A DNA stretch of 56,891 nucleotides, the filler included, from Jimgerdemannia flammicorona (Eukaryota), in NCBI GenBank assembly GCA_003990765.1. It is 2 parts of 2 records of this genome, joined end to end, with 100 filler letters (N's around TTAATTAATTAA, not from the genome) between each part and the next. Parts side by side here need not be neighbours in the genome. Positions count along the whole stretch, not along the records: positions 1 to 28,407 come from RBNJ01000564.1; positions 28,508 to 56,891 come from RBNJ01000565.1. One strand, written 5' to 3'. This document shows, piece after piece, positions 24,304-36,498 of the stretch. The translations under genes and the position numbers were made by a program. The notes beneath the pieces are model-generated. The model did not search any database. It was not told the origin of the DNA and worked only from the letters and a program-made list of their open reading frames with translations. Within the stretch, counting starts at the first letter, position 1. Each line of letters opens with the position of its first letter.

Positions 24304-25541
24304 TCACGTATCCATTTCTGTCTCGTCTCCAACGCTCGCCACAAACACTACCCTCCTCTCCTTGAACGCCCGTTCCACCATGCCCTTTACATCCCCATAC
24401 CTCGCTCTCGCCCTCTGTATACACTCCTTCAATACATCCGGCGTAGCGGTATTGGACCCCCCTCCGACCTTCCATATATGGCACAGCCGGCCGCGTTCGT
24501 CGATAGTAACGGTAACCTGCTCGTCTGCGAGAGACTCCTCGGCGTCGCTGGGGTCGGAGAGGAGACGCTTTGCGAGTAGGGATAGGGTCGTCGAGACAGG
24601 GATGCGGTAGAGGGTGAGGCGCGTGACGGGCTCGTCTGCCAAGGCGCGGACAATACCCTCGGAGTAGGTGACTTTGGGGAGTTGGACTAGTGGTGGGAAA
24701 GAGTTAGATACGGATGGGGCTCGGTTAGCCATTGGATATGGAAGTGACATTATCCCGGCTTAATATTCAAATACAGGCTCTGTGGTGAAACCCTAACCAC
24801 AAAAAAATTTGATGCTTACGATCTAATAAGGCCGATACCAAGGCTAATAAGCTCGCATCGAGCACATTTCCATCGTAGGAGAGGCAGAGGACATCAGCGT
24901 AGAGGACCCAGACGGCTTTGGAAGGTTCTATACAGAGGTCTGTGAGGGAGAGGACTTTGGAGCTATGTTACCGTTGGGGTAGAGCAGCATTCCCAAATGA
25001 ATACGACCAATGTCAGCAAATAATGAAACAAAATTACACGACGGGAAAAAAAAAAATAGCGTGCTCACATTTTAATGATTTTGTTAAGGAACTCGGACGC
25101 AACCTGGGCCTGTTCGGATGGCGGGCCAGAGCGGAATTTAGGAGAACAGATTGGGGAGAGCTCGACGTTGGGAACTGAGATATATGCATGTTGCGTAGCA
25201 TATGAGCTATGTGCTTGAACATGAGCAGGATCTTGTATATAATGACCAAACACCATATATCAGATTTCCCAACCATTTTTTTCAAACTTACCAAGGAATC
25301 CCTCGTCTGGCGTACTTATTTTCGGTTCTGCCACTTCTGCCTTTATCCCACAAATGACGGTTGTCCCACCTATGCGAACCATGGCGCTCCCGTTGGCCGT
25401 AGAGATGGCGCCGACGTTAAGGGTTGTCTTTCTGAACTTGTGAAGTTGACGACCATCAGGACGAACGTTCTGCTCGATAAAGCGACGAAAGTATTCATGC
25501 GGCTGAATGCGACGGAATACGTCCGCGTTGTCGGTGGCCAT
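24304..25541 (-). CDS. RRP43: Exosome complex RNase PH-like subunit Rrp43 (EXOSC8), multi-exon
   Basis: [102 protein letters not shown] and [11 protein letters not shown]. Confidence 0.92.
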
Positions 25542-25980
25542 TGGAAGAGTGAGGGTGGCTTGGGTAACTTTCGTGTTTTCGAGGATGTGTGACGTCTCTC
25601 GGCCTATGCCGGGGGGGGAGACGTCATCTAAGGTCAAGTCACGGTATCTGCTGTGCTTGTTCTGTTTTCGTCCTCGCAAGCTCGAGTTAAGCTCGCTCTC
25701 TTCGACGCGTTTCTCAGCCCTCCTCCTCTGACTGATACAATAACTACAAACAGAGTCCTTGCGCACAGAGGTTAGTACAAACCTATTTGCACTGTCGGGA
25801 AAAACACCCACAGCTGAAGACTAACAGCAACGCGTCGATAAGGTTATCCCTTGAAAGCACGACAAAGCTTCGTTTCGAACACAACGTCAATATAGCCATC
25901 TCAGACACTTCAGAACCTTCGCAAAACATCTAATCATAAACTCACTTCTACATCCTACCAAAATCTCCCTCAGCCATTCT
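25542..25980. promoter_or_regulatory. Probable bidirectional promoter between RRP43 and CSN3
   Basis: Head-to-head start codons about 440 bp apart. Confidence 0.55.
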
Positions 25981-28280
25981 ATGTCCATGTCCGCCCCCAA
26001 CGTCTCGGGTTCCATCTCGGGCATCAGCCCCAACTGTGACGAGCTTCTGGCCGTCATTGTCTCGAGCGCCGGCGCTCCTCCGGACGTGATTCCTAAGCGT
26101 CTGCTGCCCGCCCTCAAAAATGCCAGCTCGCAGATATTTCTGCTCTCGACCTCAGACGGCAAGGATCCCCTGACCGTACTAGATCCTGAGAAAAATACCA
26201 TCGGATTCTTGTATTTCGTGTGAGTATTGGAAAAGGAGAGATTTATAATTGGGTTATGAGGGAAATCTGGAGAAGTCTTAGGAATCACGTTAGTGGTGTT
26301 GCGTGTTCCGTCAATTTTCAATTCATGAAATCTGTCAGGCCAACGAGGGTAGTTAATGAATCCTTACGTGGACATTGTTCTTATATGAGCTTCATTGGTT
26401 TTGTCTCGCAAAATTTATCGTCATTCCCCCGCCTCTGGCATCCATAGGACAACTCGTTCCTACATAGACCGGCCCAATAACGTTCCCGGTTTGATCCAGC
26501 ATCTGGTCAATTTCATCAACAAGTTTGATCCAGAAGAGGCGAAGTTGGCGATTGACCGATGTGAGTCAATTGATTATTTGCTTTGAATGGTATGGGATAA
26601 CAGGGAGTGGGGAGATACTTGAAGCGTAATTCTGAGTGCCAATCGCCAGATGATTTGTGAGAATATTGGGTGATTAGAGAAAATGGTTTGTGTTCAATCT
26701 TGGCCTACAAAATATTTCTTTTGTTTACCCTTCACTATTGTCCAGTTACGGCTATCCCAGAGGCATTGAGCAGGCTTGCATCCGGCATTGGGAAGGTAAA
26801 AATTTTCGAGAGTTTTATCTCCCTCATTTCAACCTGCGCCTCAATCTGAATCAGGACGACTAAATAGTGGACATACGCTATCCATCACTCCTCAGCCCGT
26901 TCTAGCCATCCGCCCACTCGTCACCGCCATCCAGAGGCTCGCGCCCACGCCAGCACACTTGACGACATTACATTACAGATTCATCAAGGTAATTTGGGTT
27001 GAATTCTGTATTGGAAGTTGTTGAAGTCTGAACATGACTGAAGGAAGGCCAGAAATGTAAAGACCTGTATGTGGGTCGCCGTATACTAGAATGGAATACA
27101 AACCTCATCACATGATGTTGCATTTCTTTTTCGTTCTTATCATGATATAATTAGATCTGCCTTCTGTCCAAGCACTATAAGGACGCACTCGCGGTGCTCG
27201 ATAACGATATTGAGGAGGTGGATCCGCAGGTGCGTAACCTAGGTTGTTGCTTCCAATCTGACTTCCAATCTGAAGACCAGGTGGTTCGGAACGTGCTGGT
27301 TGAATAACTGTGTGTTTACTATCCTCGAAACATGCCAGAGGCTTTCCATCAACGTTGAAGACGTCCTACTATACCACTACTACGGTGGTATGGCCTACAT
27401 CGGCATGAAGCGGTTCGATCGCGCGCTCGAGTTCTTCAGCTTGGTAATAATCCTAATGATGGCATGATGTTGCGAAATATATGGTGTTCATGTGCTGAGG
27501 TTGACTGACTGACATGAGATGTCATGTTTCGTTGGCCCTGTGTACTGAAGAAACACGAGCCACACAATGCGTTTTTCATGTGATTGAATATGAACTGATC
27601 ATCGCGGCATCGTATAGGTGATTTCTTCTCCGTCGCAAGTGACGAGCGCGATTCAGATAGAAGCGCACAAGAAATATGTTCTCGTGTCGCTTCTTGAGCA
27701 TGGCAAGGTTAATGATTCCTGCTTTAGTTTTCATTCCCCGGTGGGCCTGTCATATCAGTTAATGCTACAGAGGTTCAGGAACGTCAGCTCTAAACTTCTC
27801 GATACTCTTGTTGCAGCTTCTCCCGCTCCCCAAATACACCACACAGGTCGTGCTGCGTGTTTTCAAGAACAACTGCGGCGGATATCTGGAATTCGCGCAA
27901 GCTTTCGAGAGCCTGAACGTGACGAGAGTGAAGAATGAATTTGCAAAAGTGGCGGATATGTTTACAAAGGTAGGTCTACATTGAGTATTTTATATCTGAA
28001 TTACTTCTGCAATGTCATTTGCTTTGGATGGAACAACAATATCGACTCGCCACCATTATGTTGCAAAACGGCATAACTTCTGGGTTTCCTCATCCTGACG
28101 AATCGCTCATAGGACAAGAACCTTGGCCTCGCCCGCCAAGTCCTGCAAGCGCTCTACTGCCGCAATATCCAGCAGCTGACACAAACGTACATGACTCTCA
28201 GCTTGGCAGACATCGCTAAGCAGGTTGGATTGGAGGGGCCTAGGGCGGTGCACGAGGCAGAGGAGCTTGTGGTGCAAATG
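25981..28280 (+). CDS. CSN3: COP9 signalosome subunit 3, multi-exon, 3' end lost at the assembly gap
   Basis: LDPEKNTIGFLYFV, HLTTLH, LLYHYYGGMAYIGMKRFDRALEFF, TSAIQIEAHKKYVLVSLLEHGK, LPKYT and the PCI domain DKNLGLARQV..NIQQLTQTYMTLSLADIA..EAEELVVQM, followed by a GT donor. Confidence 0.9.
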
Positions 28281-28327
28281 GTGAGATTGTATTGATGAAC
28301 ATCGAGCTTTCGTCCTCTTTCCCCCCC

Positions 28328-28367
<40 letters not shown>

Positions 28368-28407
28368 TGTTTTTTTTTTTTTTTTTTTTTTTGTGGAAAT
28401 TACTGAT

Positions 28408-28507
28408 NNNNNNNNNNNNNNNNNNNNNNNNNNNNNNNNNNNNNNNNNNNNTTAATTAATTAANNNNNNNNNNNNNNNNNNNNNNNNNNNNNNNNNNNNN
28501 NNNNNNN
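28408..28507. other. Assembly gap with artificial TTAATTAATTAA linker
   Basis: N runs flank a 12-mer that has stops in all six frames. Confidence 0.95.
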
Positions 28508-29568
28508 CACATAGTAACCAGATAGCAACCAACTTGTATAAATTACCCCAGAGGCAAGAGTGAATAAAACCTCAGTCCGAATTGAAGTGCAAACCAAAGA
28601 AGCCTCTAAAGATTGAGCAATTGGTCCCCTTATTTCCACTCCGGTCCACTTTCCGATACAAAGAAGAGTCTGATACATTTTTGGTTCGCTTACCAGATAA
28701 GCCTGAAGAATTCGAGTTTGCCGCCTAAGTTCAAGGAAGAACTTTGCCGCCTTTGGAATTATTGTTATTGGTTCGCTTGCCAGATAAGCCTGAAGATTTC
28801 CGCTGTCTTTCTTGCCACAAGCCAGTCTTTCTGATGCAACTTCACAGTGGAGCCAGTCTATGATGTAATTCCGCGCAAATGAAGCCAGTCTTTGACGTAA
28901 CTTGCCAAGAATCCGAGTAGTATTCCCAGTTGAAGCCGATTCAGGAAGAATCCGCACCACCCGAGTTATCTGAATTATCCGCCATATTCCCAGTTAAGCC
29001 ACCATTTTCAAGAAGTCTGCCAATTCAGGAAGAATCCATGTCGTCCGCCATTTTCAAGTTACCTGCATTCTCAAAAGAACTATCCGAGTTATTTGTCATT
29101 CCTAGTGAGCCCAAGTCAGTGAGTTATCCACCTCCCAAGATAATTCCCAGTGAACCCGGTATAGAAGAAACCATGCCAAATATTCCCAGTGAGCCAAATC
29201 GAGTTATCCGCCGAAATTATCAGAACGTCCCACATAAGGAACCTATCGTGCTACACAGAGATCATCATGCAGAAATCGCATAAGGAGAACTGCTAAATTG
29301 CCAGACCATCATGCACAAGATCGTCATGCTACACAAATTGTACCATTCCCAGTTGACCTAAGAAGGAAGTCCTTTTACACACAAATCGCTGCTACACCCA
29401 GAGAACCATTCCAAAAAGGAAACCGCTTGCATAGTATCCAGATCTTGACTATTATACCACTAAACACCAAGAACATTTTGTTGCTTTTAACAAAGTAACT
29501 GGGGGCTCAAGCCAAACTACATCAACCTCCAACCTTGTAATTTGCCTCCATTGAGCTGGCATGTTACA
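28508..29568 (+). mobile_element. Probable LTR fragment (3' part) with internal short direct repeats
   Basis: TGTATAAAT..AGAGTGAATAAAACCTCAG motif shared with the 418-bp LTR family. Direct repeat TTGGTTCGCTT(A/G)CCAGATAAGCCTGAAGA at about 28681 and 28768. Ends in TGTTACA. Confidence 0.45.
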
Positions 29569-31071
29569 ATATATAAATATGCAAACACACATATTGATAG
29601 ATCAGTCTTTAATAGTTCATAGTACTGATGATACTTCAAGTTAAATATCCTCAATAGTTCCACACCTTCCATACAATCCTCACTTCAAAATCTGGTAACA
29701 ATAGAAGATGATATTGTTTATAACTATTATAGATAAAAAAATAAAAAATAAAAAAATACACCTATGATATAACTGATACTTTGTTTGATATATACATAAT
29801 ACTATTTCATCTACCTCTATAAACTGTACAGTGAGAAGTTCAAAATGCTTAGTAGTTCAACTTTGAATATATATCAACATATAAAAGACAAATACTCTAA
29901 TAAAATCAAAAAGAATATAAAGATAAATAAAATCAATATCCAAGCTGTAGTGGGTACATTTATCTGATTATCTAACTATTTCTATACTAATAACCCCATT
30001 TAATCAAAAATATTTAGCCATACTCTTCAGTAGAATTTCGAAATTAGCTCATTTACTAGATTGTATATATAGACCAGTCATTCACAACTATTGAGAGTAA
30101 TTAATTACATAGTATCTTTAGCTTTCTCAAGTATGATTTATATTTGCTAAGTACTAATACTATTCATAAAGATATTCTAGAGATCTATAGGAAGGAGTAT
30201 AACAATCTTTGCCAGATACTTTAGATAAAATAAAGACAGTACTATGACTTTTACAAGCTAAATTATATATATATATTTATAAAGAGCTCACTAATTTAAT
30301 CTCACATTCAATAAGCAGAATCTGGTAGATAAAATTTTGTTTACAATTGATATATGGATATTCCCCAATGCAATTTTATTCCTGAATATTACCAGTTATT
30401 GAATTTCTCAATTAGCAGCTTAAATATCTCATTCTTAATTTTATCAAACTTGCTGGCCCTCATTCTGGAGAAAACATCACAGATGTTTTTATTAATTATA
30501 TCCAGGAGTTTGAGATCACAACCAAGATAAAAAAGGGGGGCTTGCAATCAGGTCAGTATTTTGAGAAAAGTTCTTAAACAAAACAGATTTTATTGGTTAT
30601 TTATTTTTGTATAAATTTGCTGACTAAATATTTTAAGTACAGATTTTGGCCATTATAATAGACAATACTATAAACAACTCAACATTTTTCCAAGTTTTAG
30701 CAGCTAGCCTCAAATAGGAAAATGTGGTCTTTGGTATAGAAAGCTACTGTGTGTGATACTGAACCCATATACTGAATCTCACTGTTCAGGACTATCTTAT
30801 GTACATAGACAAAACATCTGAGAGAGGAGGGGCCCTGAGTATAGTTTTAAAGCTATACAAACTGGTTATATTGATCTGATCATCTCTACAATAATGGGAC
30901 AAATTTACTGTATAATATAGAGCAAACAGTTTAGTCCTGAAAGAGCTAATATTGGATATCTGTATATATTGGAATATAATATTTGCAATGATCCAGCATA
31001 TTCTGGAGTTTGCTATAGTATGTATTCTTTTTTTCAGTCAGCTGAAGCAACTTATTTCAGATAATTAAAGA

Positions 31072-31102
<31 letters not shown>

Positions 31103-31722
31103 AACAAAATAAAAAAAACCAATAGATTCAATGGTTGCTGTCAACAAGAAAATGCAGGGTGAGGCTATAGGTGAAAGTGAGTGAGATGTACTTAGGAATA
31201 TATTTAGAGTTTTGGAAGTAAGTGGTGATTGCTCTAGCCCTATACTCATTTTGTCTGTCTCTATACAATATAATATCTTACTATACATAACTACCAGTGT
31301 TTCAATGATTGTATAAAGGATATAGTCAAATAAATGACTCTGACAATAAGCTCTGCAATACCAGTATATAACCTTTTGATTGACTGACTAGAGGACAAGC
31401 TTGAGGATAGGCTAGAGAGTTATAGTAATTTATGATTAAGCTCAGATCAGAGAGACATCATAGAGGTTGCTCTAAGTAAGCTCAGAAAATACTACTCTAA
31501 AACAGATGCTGCTATATACTCAATCAGTATAGGTATATTGGCATGTGGCTATTACCCCTTTCAAAACAGAGAAATCTCTACAAAACTCACTCTTTTTCTC
31601 TGAACAGTACTAGATCTATGCTTAAAGCTACAATACTATAAATATTAGAGCTGGAAGCAGTACTATTGAGGAAATCAAGCAGGCCATAATCAAAATATAT
31701 TGAAAAAACTATGCACTATTGT

Positions 31723-33750
31723 TGTAAGCACACAACCTCCAAGCCACCAAAAGTTACATGTCACTCTCTGAACAAGCCACCAAAAGTACACACGATCTCT
31801 GAACAAATCTGGAAATCACCTGCTTGATCATGAAGCTGAGTCAAACCGAAGTCACAGTGCACAAAGCTGAGTCAATACGAAGTCACGGAACACAAGATCT
31901 ACACAAACGGAATCTTACCAATTAGGACCAAATGCATATATACCGAGCACTGAGACGTGTTGAATCAGAGAACCAAAACAAAACGACAACCACAACTTCC
32001 AAACACACAAACATGACCACTGAGATCTACAACTGCATCCGCGCTGACATTTGGAATGCCATTGTCAACCGAGCCACACCCCCTCTGCCCCTCATGAATA
32101 TCCATAGCCTGGCACCCCTCTACTTCGTGGAAGCCCGATGGAATGCCCTGAACATGCTTAGTGAGGCCCACCGAATTGGACAAATCTCAAGCTACTACCA
32201 GATCGGCCGCCTCCTGGAAGACATGGTCGAACACCACTATGATACAGACATTACCCAGATGTCTCAATACCAGAAGCTCATCACCCGCAAACATCGAGAA
32301 CTCTTCTATGAGTATAACACCTTTATTCTCTACCTCTGAGTCACTACCAGTGAAATGATTGCTACCCTGTCCTATGGCCAAATCGATGACATGATACAAG
32401 AACTCAACCACAAGTACCTCAAGTATGTCGAAACCACAGACAGAACCTTCCCACACCCTGATGACCACATTCTGCAAATGCCTCAAGTCAGATATGCCAT
32501 GAAGGACATCTATGATATAATCCATTTCGACAAAGATGAAGCAGAAGACAATGATCCCTCTGATACCGACATGACCTCTAGCCAAGGATCTCTGCCAACC
32601 CTGATCACTCCGCCAACCTTGCCGATGAACTTACAACAGTTCATAACAGCATATGAGACTTATTGGGACAATGACCACTGGTACGAATACCAACCTGCGT
32701 TCACCCCCGATTACTTCAATTACAATGAAGAGACCAGAGAACACAACCTGTACCTTCAGACAACCCTTGAGATCGAACCAACCACTCCACTACCCGAGTA
32801 TGAGTGACATGAACCACAGCCGCCAGCATACTATAACCCCACAACTCATAGTGCTGTAACCTATAGAAGGTATGCAGATAGTGAATCTGATGAAAGCGAA
32901 GACAATACACCCAACCTTTGTCCATCAACACCTTATCCAGCCTACGAGACAGATGATGCTATCCTGTGGGATGGAGATGAAGTCCCAATATATTACTACC
33001 TCAGCTAACAAGGAGAAGTAATCCGCGAACTGCTCTTCCTAGATGACTACTTCATCAGAGATGATGCAATCGATGGTGATGTCATTGAAGACTACCCAGA
33101 TAGTGCCTAAACTTATAAATAGTCTAGCAGTCATAAGTATAGATAGATTAGCCTTGTACGACGTGACTGTGAACTGACTCAGCAGTCAGACGATCTCTTG
33201 ATATGTCAGATCACACTTGTACTACGTGACTGTATTCCGACTTAGCAAGGCACTTAGTGCTACATCCATATCTAGCCTAGTCCAGATAGCCCCTTACTAG
33301 TATAAATACCCCCTCCCCCAGACCTCAGAATCTCAGACTTGAACAATCCGAACACAACTTCTGAATAGCAATATCATGAATAGCAAATAAACCTATTCCA
33401 TAACCCACAAACCACTCTTAAGTAAATCTGCTCCCTGTTAGGTCCTACTCCTAACCCCATCATGAAATTTCCTAATTGGGTATTGTCTGCAGCGATACGC
33501 CAATTCAACTAAGCTGGTCTTAGTTTCTTGAACTTCCTAAAATATGGAAAATCCTGAACATCCAGAACTAGTCCAGAAAAGGACTTTGGTTGAGACGTCA
33601 ACCTGATCTTGAAATCAATAAGCATAGAGGACGTACTCCATACGAAATTGATCTTGACCATAAAGAAAACAGTCTTCCAGAATATCCAGAATATCCAGAA
33701 AACTCTTTCAGAACTATGTAACGGCTACTCTAAAAAGTAACCCTCTTACA
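31723..33750 (+). mobile_element. 2,028-bp solo-LTR-like element with 5-bp TSD
   Basis: Begins TGTAAG and ends CTTACA, flanked by ATTGT at 31718-31722 and 33751-33755. TATAAATA at 33301. A second copy starts at 56333 on the minus strand. Confidence 0.88.
32013..33110 (+). pseudogene. 365-codon ORF of unknown function inside the LTR-like element, with 3 in-frame stops
   Basis: ORFs 31932..32339 and 32355..32807 and the downstream sequence share one frame with no frameshift. The stops TGA 32337, TGA 32805 and TAA 33006 are each one C-to-T change from CGA/CAA. The C-terminal half is acidic and Tyr/Pro-rich. Confidence 0.75.
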
Positions 33751-34249
33751 ATTGTAAGGTTTCAGCTGAAGTCTGGATGAATATACTGAGGGATCTCTCC
33801 TATCTCATATTTACTTCAGTAGAAAGAGAAAGAGGGAGCCATCAGTGGAAGAGCTGCCATCAATAGATGAACTTACTATTTACCTCACCAGTGACCATGT
33901 GATCCTGCTGGAGGACACAGAGGTGCTCAACTGGTGGAAGATGAGTCATTAGACAGTTGGTTATATTGGACCAATTTAATCTACCAACCTAATTACCATT
34001 CTAACTACTGCTCTATCTATCAGAGCATATGACCACAGCTACATCAAACAGACTTTCTCAGCCTGTGTGGTATAGCTTGGGACTACCTGGCAATTTCTGC
34101 CACCAGTGCTTCCATTAAGTTAGTATTCTCAGGTGGAGTAGATCTTATTATCCCTAAGAGGTGTATGCTGAATACTGAGACAAAATGAGTATATATATAT
34201 CTGAAATCTTGGTGGAGTATGGACTGCTAAAATTCAGTGGGTCCTGAGC

Positions 34250-36208
34250 AGTCTGTTTATATGTTATCTTAGGCAGTTTATATATAATGTCTTCAATTCT
34301 GCAATCAAAAGTAGGGTGGCATTCTTCAAATAATTAACTTGGGTGACATCTTTTAATTCTCCTAGGCAGTCTGTTCATATGTTGTCTCAGGTGGTTTATA
34401 TATGATATCTTCAATTCTGCAGTCAAAAGTAGAGCAGCATTCTTCAAATAATTAACTCAGATGATGTCTTTTAATTCTCCTGGGCAGTCTGTTCCATTTG
34501 TATGTTGTCAAAAGCTGAATGACAGTTCATATGTTCTATTCTCAATGGTAGTCCATTCATATATCATAGGATATTCTTCAAAAGTCAGATGGTGGTGGTA
34601 TTTGGCATAGTGGTTTATTTGGCATTTTTTCAGTAATTAATTCTTATAATGTTGTCCCTCAAACTAAGGAGCAATCCAGCTATTAACTCAATGATGCAAT
34701 CTTTTACAAAGCATCTATTATTCAATACCAATAGTTCACAGAAATAAGGCTGACAATCAGAACAACTAATTAACAGCAGATGGTATAGAGATGAACAATG
34801 TCTTCTAATTCAAGAGGTTCATAAATTATATGTCACAGGACAGGTCATATCTTCAAAAGTCAGGCAGTGGTGGTATTTGGCATGGTAGTTTGTTTGGTAT
34901 TTTTTTGGCAATTAATTCTTGTAAGGTTGTCCTTTGAACTCAGAAGTGATCTAGCTATTAACTTAATAATGTGGCCCTTTGCAGAGCATCTATTGTTCAA
35001 TACTAACAGTTCACAGAAATGAGGCTGACAACTGGAACAACCAATTAACAGCAGATGGCACAGAGATGAATAATGTCTTCTAATTCAAGAGGTTTATAAA
35101 TCATATGTCATGGAATAGATCATATCTTCAAAAGTCAGGTTGGCAAATCATATGTCACAGGATTCTTTAGTCTGTACAGCAGTCTTGTTTAGTATAATAG
35201 TTCATTCAGTATTTTTCAGCAATTAATTCTTATAATGTTGTCCCTCAAACTAAGGAGCAACCTAACTATTAACTCAATAATACAGTCCTTTGCAGAGTAT
35301 CTATTGTTCAATACTGATGGTTTATAGAAATGAGGCTGACAACCAGAACAACCAATTAACAGCAGATGGTACAGAGATGAACAATATCTTCTAATTTGAG
35401 AGGTTCATAAATCATATATCATGGGATAAATCATATCTTCAAAAGTTGGGTTGATAAATTATATATCATGGGATGGCTTTGGTCTATACAGCAGTTTTGT
35501 TTGACATAGTGGTTCATTTAGTATTTTTCAGCAATTAATTCTTGAATGTTGTCTCTTGAAGTAAGAAGTAACTCAGCTATTAACTCAATGATGCAGTCCT
35601 TTGCAGAGTGTCTATTATTCAATACTGATGGTTCATAGAAATGAGGCTGACAACCAGAATAAGCAATTAATAGCAGATGGTGTAAACAAACACCATGTAT
35701 AACATGATAGTCTATATGGCAGTCCAGCAGTCTAGCAGTCTGATAGTCTGACAGTTGTTCATTTTTTAGCTTAAAAGTAAGGATTCATCTTGAATCACCA
35801 GCCAATAGACACTAAGTTATAATATAGCAGATGCAGAACTTGATGAGTTGGTAGGATTTTGTGTGAGGGGAAGGGTATGTAAAGAAGACTTGTTTTGGAA
35901 TTAAACTAACTTGATCTGACTGAGGTTTATTCACTCTAAAATACTGGGTTATTTATACAGATTTGTGTACTAATTCTGCTACTAAATATGTAGCTAAATA
36001 TTAAGTCTTTTCATGTAAAATTCTCAGATAGAATCTCATGTGAAATTCTATCTGAAATTTGTGAAAGTAATAAGAGTTTCACTGATAATGTTTTAGATAT
36101 AGTGTCCATAGTAAAGATAATTTTCTACACTATACTAAATTGGAATTCAGATTCAGATACTATGATCAAATGTCTATTTCCTATTTCTATTTTATACCAT
36201 ACATTATA
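34250..36208 (-). mobile_element. Truncated copy of the non-autonomous LTR element (5' LTR 36208-35818 plus internal tandem repeats)
   Basis: Reverse-complement match to 45766-47400, including the LTR, the adjoining AAGATGAATCCT(C/T)ACTTTTAAGCTAAAAAATGAACAACTG, and four units of about 275-312 bp at about 34635, 34910, 35221 and 35533. Confidence 0.8.
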
Positions 36209-36498
36209 ATATATAAGTATTCAGTATATAGCTTATATTGGCATTGGTGCTGAAACTAGTAGAACTAGTAGTTGGAGCATTTTTTGTTAGTGTAAAAATA
36301 TTTTCCAAATTTACTTCTATATCTTCTTCTGTATAGATAGGTTGTCACTTTTATAAAGAATAGATCTCTGCTACCACTTTCATTATTATTATTAGTATTT
36401 ACAATATTCATCTGTCTATATTGTTTGTCTTTTTCTTTTTTCTTATAGTTGTAGTCTTACTTACAGTATCTATACTTATCACAGTAAAAGTATTTATT

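Larger units (their letters stand above)
29690..34230 (+). mobile_element. Decayed, intron-containing hAT DNA-transposon transposase, interrupted by an LTR at 31723-33750
   Basis: Relic motifs FTIDIWIFPN..FLNIT, LAGPHSGENI, ILAIIIDNTINN, ELILDICIYWN, VLDLCLKLQYY, and the C-terminal dimerisation domain DELTIYL..EVLNWWK..DYLAISATSASIKLVFS..KR..L....LKSW. Many stops. TIRs not located. Confidence 0.8.

Noticed and set aside
28332..28407. Poly-T plus GTGGAAATTACTGAT, essentially identical to 11642-11737, as a retroposon tail
   Set aside because: It lies at a contig end directly before the N gap, inside a CSN3 intron. A homopolymer-mediated misassembly is the simpler explanation.
28452..28463. TTAATTAATTAA palindrome
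   Set aside because: Artificial scaffold linker embedded in Ns.
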